Positions 8,250 through 16,797 are shown, numbered from the stretch's first letter. The stretch: DNA of 17,967 bases from Candidatus Nanohaloarchaea archaeon (GCA_041640075.1 JBEQAY010000022.1:1-17967), one strand, 5' to 3'. A program made the numbers and translations. The notes: generated by a model from the letters alone, not told the origin.

Positions 8250-9245
8250 ATGAAACCACTGATCGCAGGTGTAGACCCAGGCAGCACTTCTGCAGTAGCT
8301 CTCATAGACTTTGAAGGAGAAATTGTGAAGCTGGAGAGCGGTAAAAACTTTCCGCCCAGCGAGATAATAACTGAGATAGTTGCAGAAGGTAAGCCAGTGG
8401 TTGTTACCTCAGATAAAGCCGATACACCGTCAAAGGTTGAGAAAATTGCGACATCGGTCGGTGCTGAACAGTTTGAACCTGAAGAAGATCTATCGAAGAA
8501 AAGGAAGAGAGAACTTGGTGAAGGAGAAAACTCACATGAGCGAGACGCATCTGCAGCAGCTATACATGCATATAAACAGCTGAGAGATAATATAAAGAAG
8601 ATTAAAGAGGTAGCTGAAGAAGAGGACATGGAAACGGTTGATGTAGCTGAGAGATACTTCACATCAGGTAAGGAACTCGTACCCGAAGATCCGGAGGAAG
8701 GGAAAGAAGATGAACCTGAGAGCAAAGAGTACACCCATTTCCGCAAGAAATCTGAAAAGATGGAGGAAAAAGTAGAGGAGCTTGAAAAGAAAATAGAGGA
8801 GCTTGAGGAGAAACTTGAGTTCAAGGAACAGCAGAGGCGCGACCTCCAGAGTAAATACGACAGGCTTAAATCAGATAAGACCGAGGAACTGCTGAAAGAG
8901 GAAGAGATCGAAAGCAGAGAGAAGAAACTAAGCGAAAAGCAGGAGAAAATCTCCCAGCTACAGGACAAGTTAAAGAAGTCCAATATACGGGAGAAACAGT
9001 ACCAGAAAGCTATAGAAGAACTTGAAAAAGGAGCCGAAATAGTGCCTCTAGTTGAAGAAAAAGCGCCAGGAACTGAACCTTTCGTCACCCGTTCCAAGAG
9101 TTTCAGAGACAGGATGAGGTCGAAAGGCAGGAAAGTATACTATATAGACGAAGTTGAAGGTGTGGAACTCGGAGACAGGTTTATCCTCAGTAATATCAAT
9201 GAGGACGTGAAAGATATCATCGAGAGGTACCGCGACTCAAGATGA
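8250..9245 (+). CDS. DUF460 domain protein (RNase H-like N-terminus plus long coiled coil)
   Basis: IAGVDPGSTSAVALID, GKPVVVTSD, HERDA.AAA followed by an E/K-rich coiled coil. ATG 8250 directly follows the hef stop. Confidence 0.8.
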   Translation: MKPLIAGVDPGSTSAVALIDFEGEIVKLESGKNFPPSEIITEIVAEGKPVVVTSDKADTPSKVEKIATSVGAEQFEPEEDLSKKRKRELGEGENSHERDASAAAIHAYKQLRDNIKKIKEVAEEEDMETVDVAERYFTSGKELVPEDPEEGKEDEPESKEYTHFRKKSEKMEEKVEELEKKIEELEEKLEFKEQQRRDLQSKYDRLKSDKTEELLKEEEIESREKKLSEKQEKISQLQDKLKKSNIREKQYQKAIEELEKGAEIVPLVEEKAPGTEPFVTRSKSFRDRMRSKGRKVYYIDEVEGVELGDRFILSNINEDVKDIIERYRDSR

Positions 9246-9766
9246 AACAGAAGATTCTCAACATGTTTCCCGACACCGATGATTTGGATGAACGACAGGA
9301 GAAGGTGCTGGAGGCAAATATTTTCCTGGGAAAGATGCTTCTGATCGGAGGTATATTCCATTCAATCCTCTGGATCTACCCGGATACCTCCTGGATACAG
9401 GCACGTTACGCAGAGTTCATCGCGGGTATCATGAACCAGCTGGGTTATACCTTCCGCGCTGAATCAGTCTATATTCTTCCAGGATATGAGATAACGCAGG
9501 ACTGCCTTGGCTGGAAATCCATAATGGCCTTCACAGCACTCGTCGTATCATCTACCACTAAAATAAGAGAGAATTTGAAGTACATTTTCGCAGGGATCGC
9601 GGCCATAATGCTGGCGAACGTTGTCAGGATAGTGACCACTATACATCTTAGTGAAATCGGTCTGATAAGTTTCGAGGTAATCCACGGCTTCCTCTGGAAA
9701 TGGAGTCTTACAGCACTTGTCCTTGTGGCCTGGATCTACTGGTTCACACGCTACAGGGATCAGTAA
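9242..9766 (+). CDS. Archaeosortase/exosortase family transpeptidase
   Basis: Membrane protein with ITQDCLGWKS (Cys), NVVRI (Arg) and IHGFLW (His). ATGA overlap with the DUF460 gene. Confidence 0.85.
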   Translation: MKQKILNMFPDTDDLDERQEKVLEANIFLGKMLLIGGIFHSILWIYPDTSWIQARYAEFIAGIMNQLGYTFRAESVYILPGYEITQDCLGWKSIMAFTALVVSSTTKIRENLKYIFAGIAAIMLANVVRIVTTIHLSEIGLISFEVIHGFLWKWSLTALVLVAWIYWFTRYRDQ

Positions 9767-10575
9767 AAAGCGTATAGCAGCCAGATACCTGAAGCCGTCA
9801 AGTCAGTAAGTAGAACCGCCAGGAGAAATACAGGGATGAATGGTACGCCTGTCCGGACCTCTAGATCACCTGAAACTTCTTCGACCTCTTCCTCTTTAAG
9901 TCCTCTGATCTTGTTGCCGAATCCCTGGTCAGGCGAAGGAACATCTCCTTCTTCAACTTCTTCAGATGATTTAACTGCTACCATGTACTCCTCCTCAACT
10001 AGTTGAAGGAATTCGTAGAGAAAAGTGAAGGCTAGGACTAATGTGAAGAATATTAGGCCGTTTGAGCCCTGTGAATTAAGTAAAAATCCTACGGCACCAC
10101 CAAGCACTAAGATTAGCGATATAGTTTTCTCATCTTCCTTGAAAGCGTTGAAAAGTGTTTTCAGGTCTCCGCCCTGCTCTAGGAACTTGTAAATCGAGTA
10201 GATTAATGTCACAGTGATTGCTGCTATCATGAAGTTGGCGATGAGATCCAGTAGGTAGGTCATATTGAATGCTCCGGATGTAGGTCCAGGTGTCATGAAT
10301 CCTAGTGCGGAGAGCATCATGGCGTCTGCTCCTCCCCACATACCTTTCCAGTAGGCGATCCAGCCGTAAGCAGAGAAAACTGCTCCGGCTCCCAGACACC
10401 AGAGAAGTGGTTCCAGTGACGAGGTCTGGAATGCGTAACCAGCGTGAAGCAGTATGCCGCCGGCTATTCCTACCAGGCCCGGTAAATCAGGGACGTCGTG
10501 ATTGTTGAAGATGTCGAACCATGAGCTAACTGAAAGAACTGCAAGTGCCAGCATATGTGAGAAAAAGAGCAGCAT
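9760..10575 (-). CDS. Prepilin/preflagellin peptidase (A24, PibD/FlaK-like)
   Basis: SWFD..DVPD (first Asp), MWGGADA (GxGD-type second Asp), C-terminal GVPFIP. Start moved to ATG 10575 to avoid overlap with the divergent gene. Confidence 0.88.
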   Translation of the reverse strand: MLLFFSHMLALAVLSVSSWFDIFNNHDVPDLPGLVGIAGGILLHAGYAFQTSSLEPLLWCLGAGAVFSAYGWIAYWKGMWGGADAMMLSALGFMTPGPTSGAFNMTYLLDLIANFMIAAITVTLIYSIYKFLEQGGDLKTLFNAFKEDEKTISLILVLGGAVGFLLNSQGSNGLIFFTLVLAFTFLYEFLQLVEEEYMVAVKSSEEVEEGDVPSPDQGFGNKIRGLKEEEVEEVSGDLEVRTGVPFIPVFLLAVLLTDLTASGIWLLYAFY

Positions 10576-10614
10576 ACAGTACACTTTAAACCCAGAAGAG
10601 CATAAAAAGTAAAC

Positions 10615-11253
10615 GTGGAACGCATCGAAGAACTTGTCAACGATCCCGGCAACCACGCCGTACTGAAGGAGCTAGCTACTCGTGAAGAAGAGGAGCTACA
10701 GGAACTCGCACAGGTGACGGGTTTAACAGAGGAGAGATTGAAGGACAAGACTCAGCGACTGGAAGAGGAAAACCTGATCACGGCTGAGAGAAAACAGGTT
10801 CCAACAGTTCTAAGGATACACAGAGAAAACCTGAATGATCTGAGAGATGAGATCAAAGGATTCCATGAGGACAGGCATGAACAGATAGAAGGGAAACTTC
10901 AGGAGGAAGAAAAAACTCTTGAAGACGCAAGACAGCAGCTTGAAGAGAAAAAAGATGATACAAGTTCGCTTAAGAAAGAAAAAAAGTTTGAACGGCAGAT
11001 TGAAACTTTAGAATCAGCGATTGAAGCATGCAGGCAGGCTGAAACCTCTGAAGAATTACTGGGGGCGTACTCTCTTTCTCACCGTGTGTTGAGGTTTACA
11101 GATTTCAGGGAAGAGGATTTTCACGGTTTTAACCCGTGGAGGAAGTTGAAGGCTTCCAGGAAGCTTGATGAAGTTCTGGAACAGAGGCCTGAGGAAGAGG
11201 AGACCAGAAGATTCTTCGGCAACAGATGGGTAAAGGAGTCCCGGATTGAGTAA
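10615..11253 (+). CDS. Winged-HTH protein (ArsR/MarR-like N-terminus) with coiled coil
   Basis: DPGNHAVLKEL..LQELAQVTGLTEERLKDKTQRLEEENLI pattern, followed by a heptad-rich E/K segment. Confidence 0.65.
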   Translation: MERIEELVNDPGNHAVLKELATREEEELQELAQVTGLTEERLKDKTQRLEEENLITAERKQVPTVLRIHRENLNDLRDEIKGFHEDRHEQIEGKLQEEEKTLEDARQQLEEKKDDTSSLKKEKKFERQIETLESAIEACRQAETSEELLGAYSLSHRVLRFTDFREEDFHGFNPWRKLKASRKLDEVLEQRPEEEETRRFFGNRWVKESRIE

Positions 11254-11267
11254 GACAGCAGGTTGAG

Positions 11268-11275
11268 TTTAAAAA
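11268..11275 (+). promoter_or_regulatory. Putative TATA box for rplX-pfdA-ftsY
   Basis: TTTAAAAA about 25 nt upstream of ATG 11298. Confidence 0.5.
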
Positions 11276-11297
11276 GTTCAGACCCTCGGCTTGTGAT

Positions 11298-11474
11298 ATG
11301 ACAGAATTCAGATTCTCAGGAGTACTGGATGTGGGTATGGATAAAACACCTTTCGAGAGAACGGTTGAAGCAGAGACAGAGAAGCACGCAGAAGACAAGG
11401 TTTACTCACAGCTAGGAAGCGAGCACTCAGTTACACGCGGTAAAATCAAGATAGATGAAAGTGAAGAACTTTAG
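11298..11474 (+). CDS. rpl18a: 50S ribosomal protein eL20 (LX/L18Ae), 58 aa; not in the ORF track
   Basis: Manual translation MTEFRFSGVLDVGMDKTPFERTVEAETEKHAEDKVYSQLGSEHSVTRGKIKIDESEEL shows the F...VEA....A...VYS.LGS.H...R..I.I signature. It lies in the conserved position upstream of pfdA-ftsY. Confidence 0.92.
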   Translation: MTEFRFSGVLDVGMDKTPFERTVEAETEKHAEDKVYSQLGSEHSVTRGKIKIDESEEL

Positions 11475-11483
11475 GTGAATACT

Positions 11484-11885
11484 ATGGATCAAGAAATGAT
11501 GCAGGAATACCAGCAGCTCCAGCAACAGATGGAGGAGATGGAGGAACAGCTAACACAGATAAAAGAAAGAGTGCAGGAAATACAGGGTGCAGTAAAGGGC
11601 ATCCAAGATCTTGAGGACGCTGAGGAAGGCTCTGAAGTACTGGCACCAATCGGTGGCGGAGCTTTCGCAGTAGCAGAACTGAAAAGCAGCGAAAAAGTAG
11701 TCACAAACGTTGGAGGGGACTCCTACGAGAAACGAGATCTGGACTCCGCAGAGCAACTTCTACAGGATCAGCAAGATCAGCTTGAGGAAACTGAGGAACG
11801 ACTTGAGGAAGATATGGAAGAGATGCAGCAGCAGCTTCAGCAGATCCAGATGCAGCTTCAGCAGCAACAGCAAGGCGAACAGTGA
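11484..11885 (+). CDS. pfdA: Prefoldin alpha subunit
   Basis: Two coiled coils flanking EVLAPIGGGAF..A.L....KVVTNVG...Y.E. AGGTGA SD at 11473-11478. Synteny with rplX and ftsY. Confidence 0.93.
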   Translation: MDQEMMQEYQQLQQQMEEMEEQLTQIKERVQEIQGAVKGIQDLEDAEEGSEVLAPIGGGAFAVAELKSSEKVVTNVGGDSYEKRDLDSAEQLLQDQQDQLEETEERLEEDMEEMQQQLQQIQMQLQQQQQGEQ

Positions 11886-12769
11886 TGCTTGGAGACCTCA
11901 AGGACTCCGTCAAAGAATTTTCTTCGAACGTGAAGTCCGCAGTAGCGGAGAAAGAGCTTGAGGAATCCGACATAGATCCACTTCTGGAAGAGTTCAGACT
12001 CAAACTTCTGAAAAACAATGTCTCTCTGGAAGTTGCAGAAGAGATAGAAGATGAGCTGAGGGAAAAACTTGTAGGTAAAGAGGTTGGACGCACCGACGTG
12101 GATGAAACAGTTGAAGAAGCGTTCAAGGAGAAATTAATTGAACTTCTGGACGACAGCTTTGATCTTGAAGCAGAACTTAAGGAGGCAGAGAAACCTCCTG
12201 TTGTTTTCCTTATCGGTTTCAATGGCTCTGGAAAGACAACGACTGCTGCAAAACTTGCAAACCAGTACAAGGATCAGGGAGTTGTACTGGGCGCAGGAGA
12301 CACGTTCAGAGCAGCCTCCATCGAACAGCTCCAGGAGCACGGCGAAAACCTGGATGTGAAGGTCGTTACACATGAATACGAGTCAGATCCAGCAGCAGTC
12401 GGATACGACACCGTTGAGCACGCCAAGAAAAACGATAAGATCGCGATAGTGGACACAGCAGGAAGATCTCACTCCGACGATAACCTAATGGACGAACTCC
12501 AGAAGATGGTTGAAGTAAATAATCCAGACGTCAGCTTCCTGGTAGTGGATGCTCTTGCTGGAAACGACGTTCTTGAGCAGGCAGATGCCTACGAGGGGAT
12601 GTTTGACGCGATAGTTGTGACCAAGATGGATGTGGACGAGAAAGGTGGTGCAATAATCTCATTGAGCCACAGAAGTGGAAAACCTGTCGCTTTCATCGGT
12701 ACAGGACAGGATTACGGTGACATAAAGGAGTTTGACAAGGAAGAATTCGTCAAAGGAATTCTGGAATAA
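11885..12769 (+). CDS. ftsY: SRP receptor FtsY (NG domains only)
   Basis: GFNGSGKTTTAAKLA, GDTFRAAS.EQL, DPAAV, DTAGR, TKMD..KGG, GTGQ. TGATG coupling with pfdA. Confidence 0.96.
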   Translation: MLGDLKDSVKEFSSNVKSAVAEKELEESDIDPLLEEFRLKLLKNNVSLEVAEEIEDELREKLVGKEVGRTDVDETVEEAFKEKLIELLDDSFDLEAELKEAEKPPVVFLIGFNGSGKTTTAAKLANQYKDQGVVLGAGDTFRAASIEQLQEHGENLDVKVVTHEYESDPAAVGYDTVEHAKKNDKIAIVDTAGRSHSDDNLMDELQKMVEVNNPDVSFLVVDALAGNDVLEQADAYEGMFDAIVVTKMDVDEKGGAIISLSHRSGKPVAFIGTGQDYGDIKEFDKEEFVKGILE

Positions 12770-12826
12770 CGGCATCTTCTTCAACTGCCTCTAGGAAATT
12801 TCTTTAAGTCAGGAAAGTACTATAAA

Positions 12827-13156
12827 CTAGAGATATGCTTTCTGATCTTCCATTCTCTCTTTCATGGATTTCTCAAGTTCTTCAAGCTTGGATTTCAGCG
12901 GCTCCATGTCATCGTCGAAGTCGCTCATCTTGACCTGCTTACCCTCGCTACGTTCCTGGATTCTCTCTTTTCGCATCACTGTCAGTAGGTGGTTGACTTC
13001 AGCTACAAGCTGTTCGTACTGCTTCAGTTCAGCCTCTATGTAGGAGATTTCCTCACCAAGTTCCTCTCGGAGCTCTTCCGTTACCTCCTGTTTCATCTGC
13101 TGTTTGTCAACGCCGAACTTCCTGCGTACAGTCCTGTAAAATTTCTCCATTCCCAT
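12827..13156 (-). CDS. Hypothetical coiled-coil protein
   Basis: 109-aa E/K-rich helical ORF filling the gap. No family recognised. Confidence 0.7.
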   Translation of the reverse strand: MGMEKFYRTVRRKFGVDKQQMKQEVTEELREELGEEISYIEAELKQYEQLVAEVNHLLTVMRKERIQERSEGKQVKMSDFDDDMEPLKSKLEELEKSMKERMEDQKAYL

Positions 13157-13207
13157 AACCAGTCAACCTGTATCTACCAATGAATCATAAAATCTTATAA
13201 GAGTTTT

Positions 13208-13798
13208 TCAGGATGCTTCTTCCGGATCTGGAATCTTCTCAGTCTCACCTTCACGAGGATCCTTCTCAATATCTTCTTCCTTCTTCTCACGGATAGGCTC
13301 CGGAATGGAAGCCGAGAGGTCACGTACCTGATTCTCCTGGAAGAAACGGGCTGTCACAGCACCAAGCGCTGCATCGAACTCCGCAGCTGAATCGATATCA
13401 GAGGGATCGACACCGTAGCCTTCAAACGCATCATCGGAGTCGATCGCCAGCTCCCTACCGGAGATGACAGGGTCAAACCTGATATACTCTGGTAGCTCGT
13501 CACCTGATAGCTCCTGAGCAAGATGCGCTTTAAACGACTGAAAACGCCTTACACGCTTCACATCATCTTTTGCGGGCGTGAAGATAAATCCTTCCTCCTG
13601 GAGCTCTTCTTCACCATCACTGAGCCTTCTTCTCTCCTCAAGACCTGTATTAACTGCTATTATACCGGGTTTCCTCTCCTTTACAAGTTCAACTATCTCC
13701 TTGTTCGAGTCAACTGTGAATGATTCAATTTCATCTGAAAGAAAAGCTACAGAGCTTTCATCCTTCTCTGTCTCCCCGAATACAATTCCACATAACAT
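13208..13798 (-). CDS. DUF429-like (predicted RNase H-fold) protein, degenerate active site
   Basis: Pattern MLCGIVFG..K..S.VAFL..EIVEL....KP.IIAVNTGL..FDAALGAVTA..F resembles DUF429/COG2410. Confidence 0.55.
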   Translation of the reverse strand: MLCGIVFGETEKDESSVAFLSDEIESFTVDSNKEIVELVKERKPGIIAVNTGLEERRRLSDGEEELQEEGFIFTPAKDDVKRVRRFQSFKAHLAQELSGDELPEYIRFDPVISGRELAIDSDDAFEGYGVDPSDIDSAAEFDAALGAVTARFFQENQVRDLSASIPEPIREKKEEDIEKDPREGETEKIPDPEEAS

Positions 13799-13803
13799 AG
13801 TAT

Positions 13804-14685
13804 CTATACCTTTACCTTCTTCGCTTCCTTACGAAATTTTTCCTTTGACTCATCCTCTCCGGGTTCTTCCCTGTCCTCGCTGTCACCTTCTTCTTTCTCG
13901 AACTCCATCAAAGACCTGTTCTTCTGCTTTATCTCCATAAACTTCTCGGTCTCTGCACGATCCTTTACGATACCGATGAAGTCGATCAAAGCCTTGTTGA
14001 AGTCCTGAGGCTTTTCAAAAAAGCTGAAACTACCTGCAGCATCAAGCTTGCTCAGCGATGCATTCGGCTCAAGCTCCCTCGCAAAATCAAGATCCGAAAA
14101 CCTGTCGTCGCCGGCGTGGATCACAAGAGACTGCTTGGACGGCCGTGAAACCTTGTAGCCTTCCAGGAAACTTTTGAAATCCGAGTAATCCGGTTTCTCC
14201 AGTGTCTGCATGAAATCCTTAACCACGCTGTACTTCGTGTCGTCTGAGAAAAATATTTTCTTCGCAATCTTCGGCTTGAAACTGCCGATCCTGTAAAACC
14301 AGTCCAAGACTTTCCTCGGCGGCATCTTCTCAAACTTTCTGCGTGGACCAGTCAGGACTGTCGAGATGACGTCATCCCGATCCTCAAACTCCTGTACAAG
14401 ACTGTTTCCAAAAGTGTTGGATACAAGTATCACGTTATCCAGGTGATCCTGGTTCAAAACGTTTTCAAGTGCAGATCTCTCCCCTGAAAGATCTCTGAAA
14501 CTTACTGTGGGCTTGAAACTGATCGTACGGAATCTCTTGGAGAAGTAACGGATCTGTTGCTTCCACAGCTCCGGGTTCAGGCCGCCAGGTACAAATACAA
14601 GCTGTACCGACGACTCCTTCTCTGACTCATAATAATGAAGGTTCTCTTCGCCCACTCTTCTCAAAGAAAACTGCACTGCATCCAC
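13804..14685 (-). CDS. Alpha/beta hydrolase-fold protein, probably non-catalytic, with charged C-terminal tail
   Basis: LVFVPGG...W..QI.YFS..FR, LVSNTFG, LVIHAGDD, AGSFSFFEKPQDFNKAL. GAGGTGA SD favours GTG 14685. Confidence 0.8.
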   Translation of the reverse strand: MDAVQFSLRRVGEENLHYYESEKESSVQLVFVPGGLNPELWKQQIRYFSKRFRTISFKPTVSFRDLSGERSALENVLNQDHLDNVILVSNTFGNSLVQEFEDRDDVISTVLTGPRRKFEKMPPRKVLDWFYRIGSFKPKIAKKIFFSDDTKYSVVKDFMQTLEKPDYSDFKSFLEGYKVSRPSKQSLVIHAGDDRFSDLDFARELEPNASLSKLDAAGSFSFFEKPQDFNKALIDFIGIVKDRAETEKFMEIKQKNRSLMEFEKEEGDSEDREEPGEDESKEKFRKEAKKVKV

Positions 14686-14741
14686 TAATATCACCTCTAA
14701 AGCTTTTATCCATTGACTTCAATTGAAACCTTAAGAACACA

Positions 14742-15095
14742 ATGCCTGCACAACAGAAATTCGCACAGTACGGCCTGGAAATAATACTTGAACTATTCGC
14801 ACTCTACCTGGCTTACAGAGTAAACCAGCTTACCGGACTTAAAACAGCGTTCATAGTCTTCATCTGTGCTTCGTACCTCTTCTACAATCTTGCTTCCATC
14901 GAGAGAATCTGGAACACCTCTGCAATGCTCGTCAACCCGGCAAAATCAGCCATACTTATCACGTGTATCGGAGTAGTGTATTACGGACTTCAAGGTGTAA
15001 CTTTCCAGCAACTCCTGGTGACCGGTCTAGCATTCTTCCTGATAGGTGGAGCAGTCGGCGCACTGGTCTTCAGCTACTGGGAGATCGGAAGCTAA
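14742..15095 (+). CDS. Small hypothetical membrane protein (about 4 TM)
   Basis: Four hydrophobic segments in 117 aa, directly upstream of srp54. Confidence 0.7.
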   Translation: MPAQQKFAQYGLEIILELFALYLAYRVNQLTGLKTAFIVFICASYLFYNLASIERIWNTSAMLVNPAKSAILITCIGVVYYGLQGVTFQQLLVTGLAFFLIGGAVGALVFSYWEIGS

Positions 15096-15134
15096 AATCA
15101 AACCATTTTAACATTACAGTCCGAAACCGGAAAC

Positions 15135-16427
15135 ATGTTTGACAAAATAAAGGATTCAATAGAAAAATTCTCCTCAAGGAACGTCGCCGACAAGGAAGCC
15201 GTCAAGGAACTTGTCAAAGACATCCAGAGAGACCTGATAAGAGCAGACGTCGACGTCGCGCTCGTATCAGACCTCACAGATGAGATAAAGGAAGAAGCAC
15301 TGAAAGAAGACCTTCCATCAGGACTTTCACGCAAAGAACACGTCCTGAAAATAGTATACGACAAACTGGAAGAACTACTGGGAGAAGAAGCAGAGATAGA
15401 AATAGAGCCAAAAAACGTTCTTCTCTGCGGGCTCTACGGAGCAGGAAAAACAACTACAGCCGGAAAACTGGCTGACTTCTACCGTAAAAGAGGCATGAAA
15501 GTCGGATTAATCGCAGCCGACACAGACAGGCCGGCAGCATACGAACAGCTCCAGCAGATCGCGGAAGAAGTCGACGCAGAGTTCTACGGCGACCCTGACG
15601 CAGAAGATCCGGTGGAGGTAGTAGAAGAAGGGATGGAGAAAATTGAGGCGGACGTAAAAATTGTTGACTCGGCAGGAAGAGACTCTCTCAACGACAGACT
15701 GAAGAAACAGCTCTCCGACATGTCCGAAGCATTCCGGCCGGAGGAAAAATACCTTGTCATCCCTGCAGACATCGGTCAGTCAGCCCGTGAACAGGCAGAA
15801 ATGTTCCATGAATCAGTAGGAATTACAGGAGTAATTGTAACAAAGATGGACTCTTCAGCTAAAGGAGGAGGAGCACTTGTAGCTTGTGCCGACTCCGACG
15901 CAAAGGTCAAGTTCATCGGTACAGGAGAAAAGATGGGAGACCTGGAAGAGTACGATCCTGTAGACTTTGTCTCCGACATGATAGGCCAGCCAGACCTTGA
16001 AAGCCTGCTGGAAAAGATCGAGGAGATGGATACCGATCCGGAAGCAATTCTTGAAGGAGACTTCACGATGAAGGACTTCAAGGAGCAGATAGAATCCGTG
16101 ACGCAGGCCGGAGTAATGGAGGAGATGATGCAGCAGCTTCCTTTCTCCTCGAACAAACTTCCGGACAACATGCAGGATATGACGGAGGGAAAGATAGAGA
16201 ACTACACGGTTATGATGGATTCTATGACTGATGAAGAGATGAAAGACCCTACGATAATCAAGGAATCCCGTAGAGAAAGGATTGCAAAGGGATCAGGTAC
16301 AGAGAAAGGAGAGGTCGCCGAACTGGTCAAGCACTACAAACAGACCAAGAACATGGTGAACAAGTTCGACAAGAAATCCATGAAACGCGGAAACATGAAA
16401 GACATGATGAGCAAGATGGGTCTCTAA
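15135..16427 (+). CDS. srp54: Signal recognition particle protein SRP54/Ffh
   Basis: ADVDV, GLYGAGKTTTAGKLA, DTDRPAAYEQL, DSAGR, TKMDSSAKGGGAL, GTGEK. M domain with DSMTDEE..P..I..SRRERIAKGSG and a Met-rich tail. Confidence 0.97.
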   Translation: MFDKIKDSIEKFSSRNVADKEAVKELVKDIQRDLIRADVDVALVSDLTDEIKEEALKEDLPSGLSRKEHVLKIVYDKLEELLGEEAEIEIEPKNVLLCGLYGAGKTTTAGKLADFYRKRGMKVGLIAADTDRPAAYEQLQQIAEEVDAEFYGDPDAEDPVEVVEEGMEKIEADVKIVDSAGRDSLNDRLKKQLSDMSEAFRPEEKYLVIPADIGQSAREQAEMFHESVGITGVIVTKMDSSAKGGGALVACADSDAKVKFIGTGEKMGDLEEYDPVDFVSDMIGQPDLESLLEKIEEMDTDPEAILEGDFTMKDFKEQIESVTQAGVMEEMMQQLPFSSNKLPDNMQDMTEGKIENYTVMMDSMTDEEMKDPTIIKESRRERIAKGSGTEKGEVAELVKHYKQTKNMVNKFDKKSMKRGNMKDMMSKMGL

Positions 16428-16449
16428 AAAGTCCTTTAAAATTTTTAAT

Positions 16450-16797
16450 TCACTCCGGAAGCTTGATGTCATCCCGGTGACGCCTTAACTCCTCTAATTC
16501 TTCCTCACTGTAAAGATTGCCTTTACCCATCCGTCTTTCAAGCCTTTCAGTCTTCTTCTCGAACTCTTCCTCAACTTCTTCATCTATAAGAGAGATCTGA
16601 TTGTATGCAACCGTGGAGGACATGCTTAAAGTATCAAGAAGCTGAGTCCACCGCATAGGCAGGTCAAAATTGTATCTGTCAACGTAGTCAAGGTTCTCGA
16701 AGAACTTGGTTAAAGCCATGACTCCCATAAGTGAGTTACGGTATACAAACCTGCTAGGACGGGAATTCTTTAGTTTATCATGTAATCTTCCGGTCAA
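16450..16797 (-). CDS. Hypothetical protein (start uncertain)
   Basis: 115-aa ORF from TTG with an acidic C-terminal half typical of this proteome. The true start may be the internal ATG or lie in another frame. Confidence 0.45.
   Translation of the reverse strand: MTGRLHDKLKNSRPSRFVYRNSLMGVMALTKFFENLDYVDRYNFDLPMRWTQLLDTLSMSSTVAYNQISLIDEEVEEEFEKKTERLERRMGKGNLYSEEELEELRRHRDDIKLPE

Noticed and set aside
8147..9097. 316-aa Ser/Phe-rich minus-strand ORF (and similar ORFs at 4771-5115, 11701-12270, 15776-16171)
   Set aside because: Antisense shadows of GAA/GAG-rich genes with recognisable products.
10576..10656. N-terminal extension of the prepilin peptidase ORF
   Set aside because: Would span the short divergent intergenic region and overlap the gene starting at 10615. 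ATG 10575 fits better.
11820..11882. CAG-rich repeat at the end of pfdA
   Set aside because: Imperfect and coding; it gives a Gln-rich coiled-coil tail, which is unremarkable for halophile prefoldins. Not a CRISPR or satellite.
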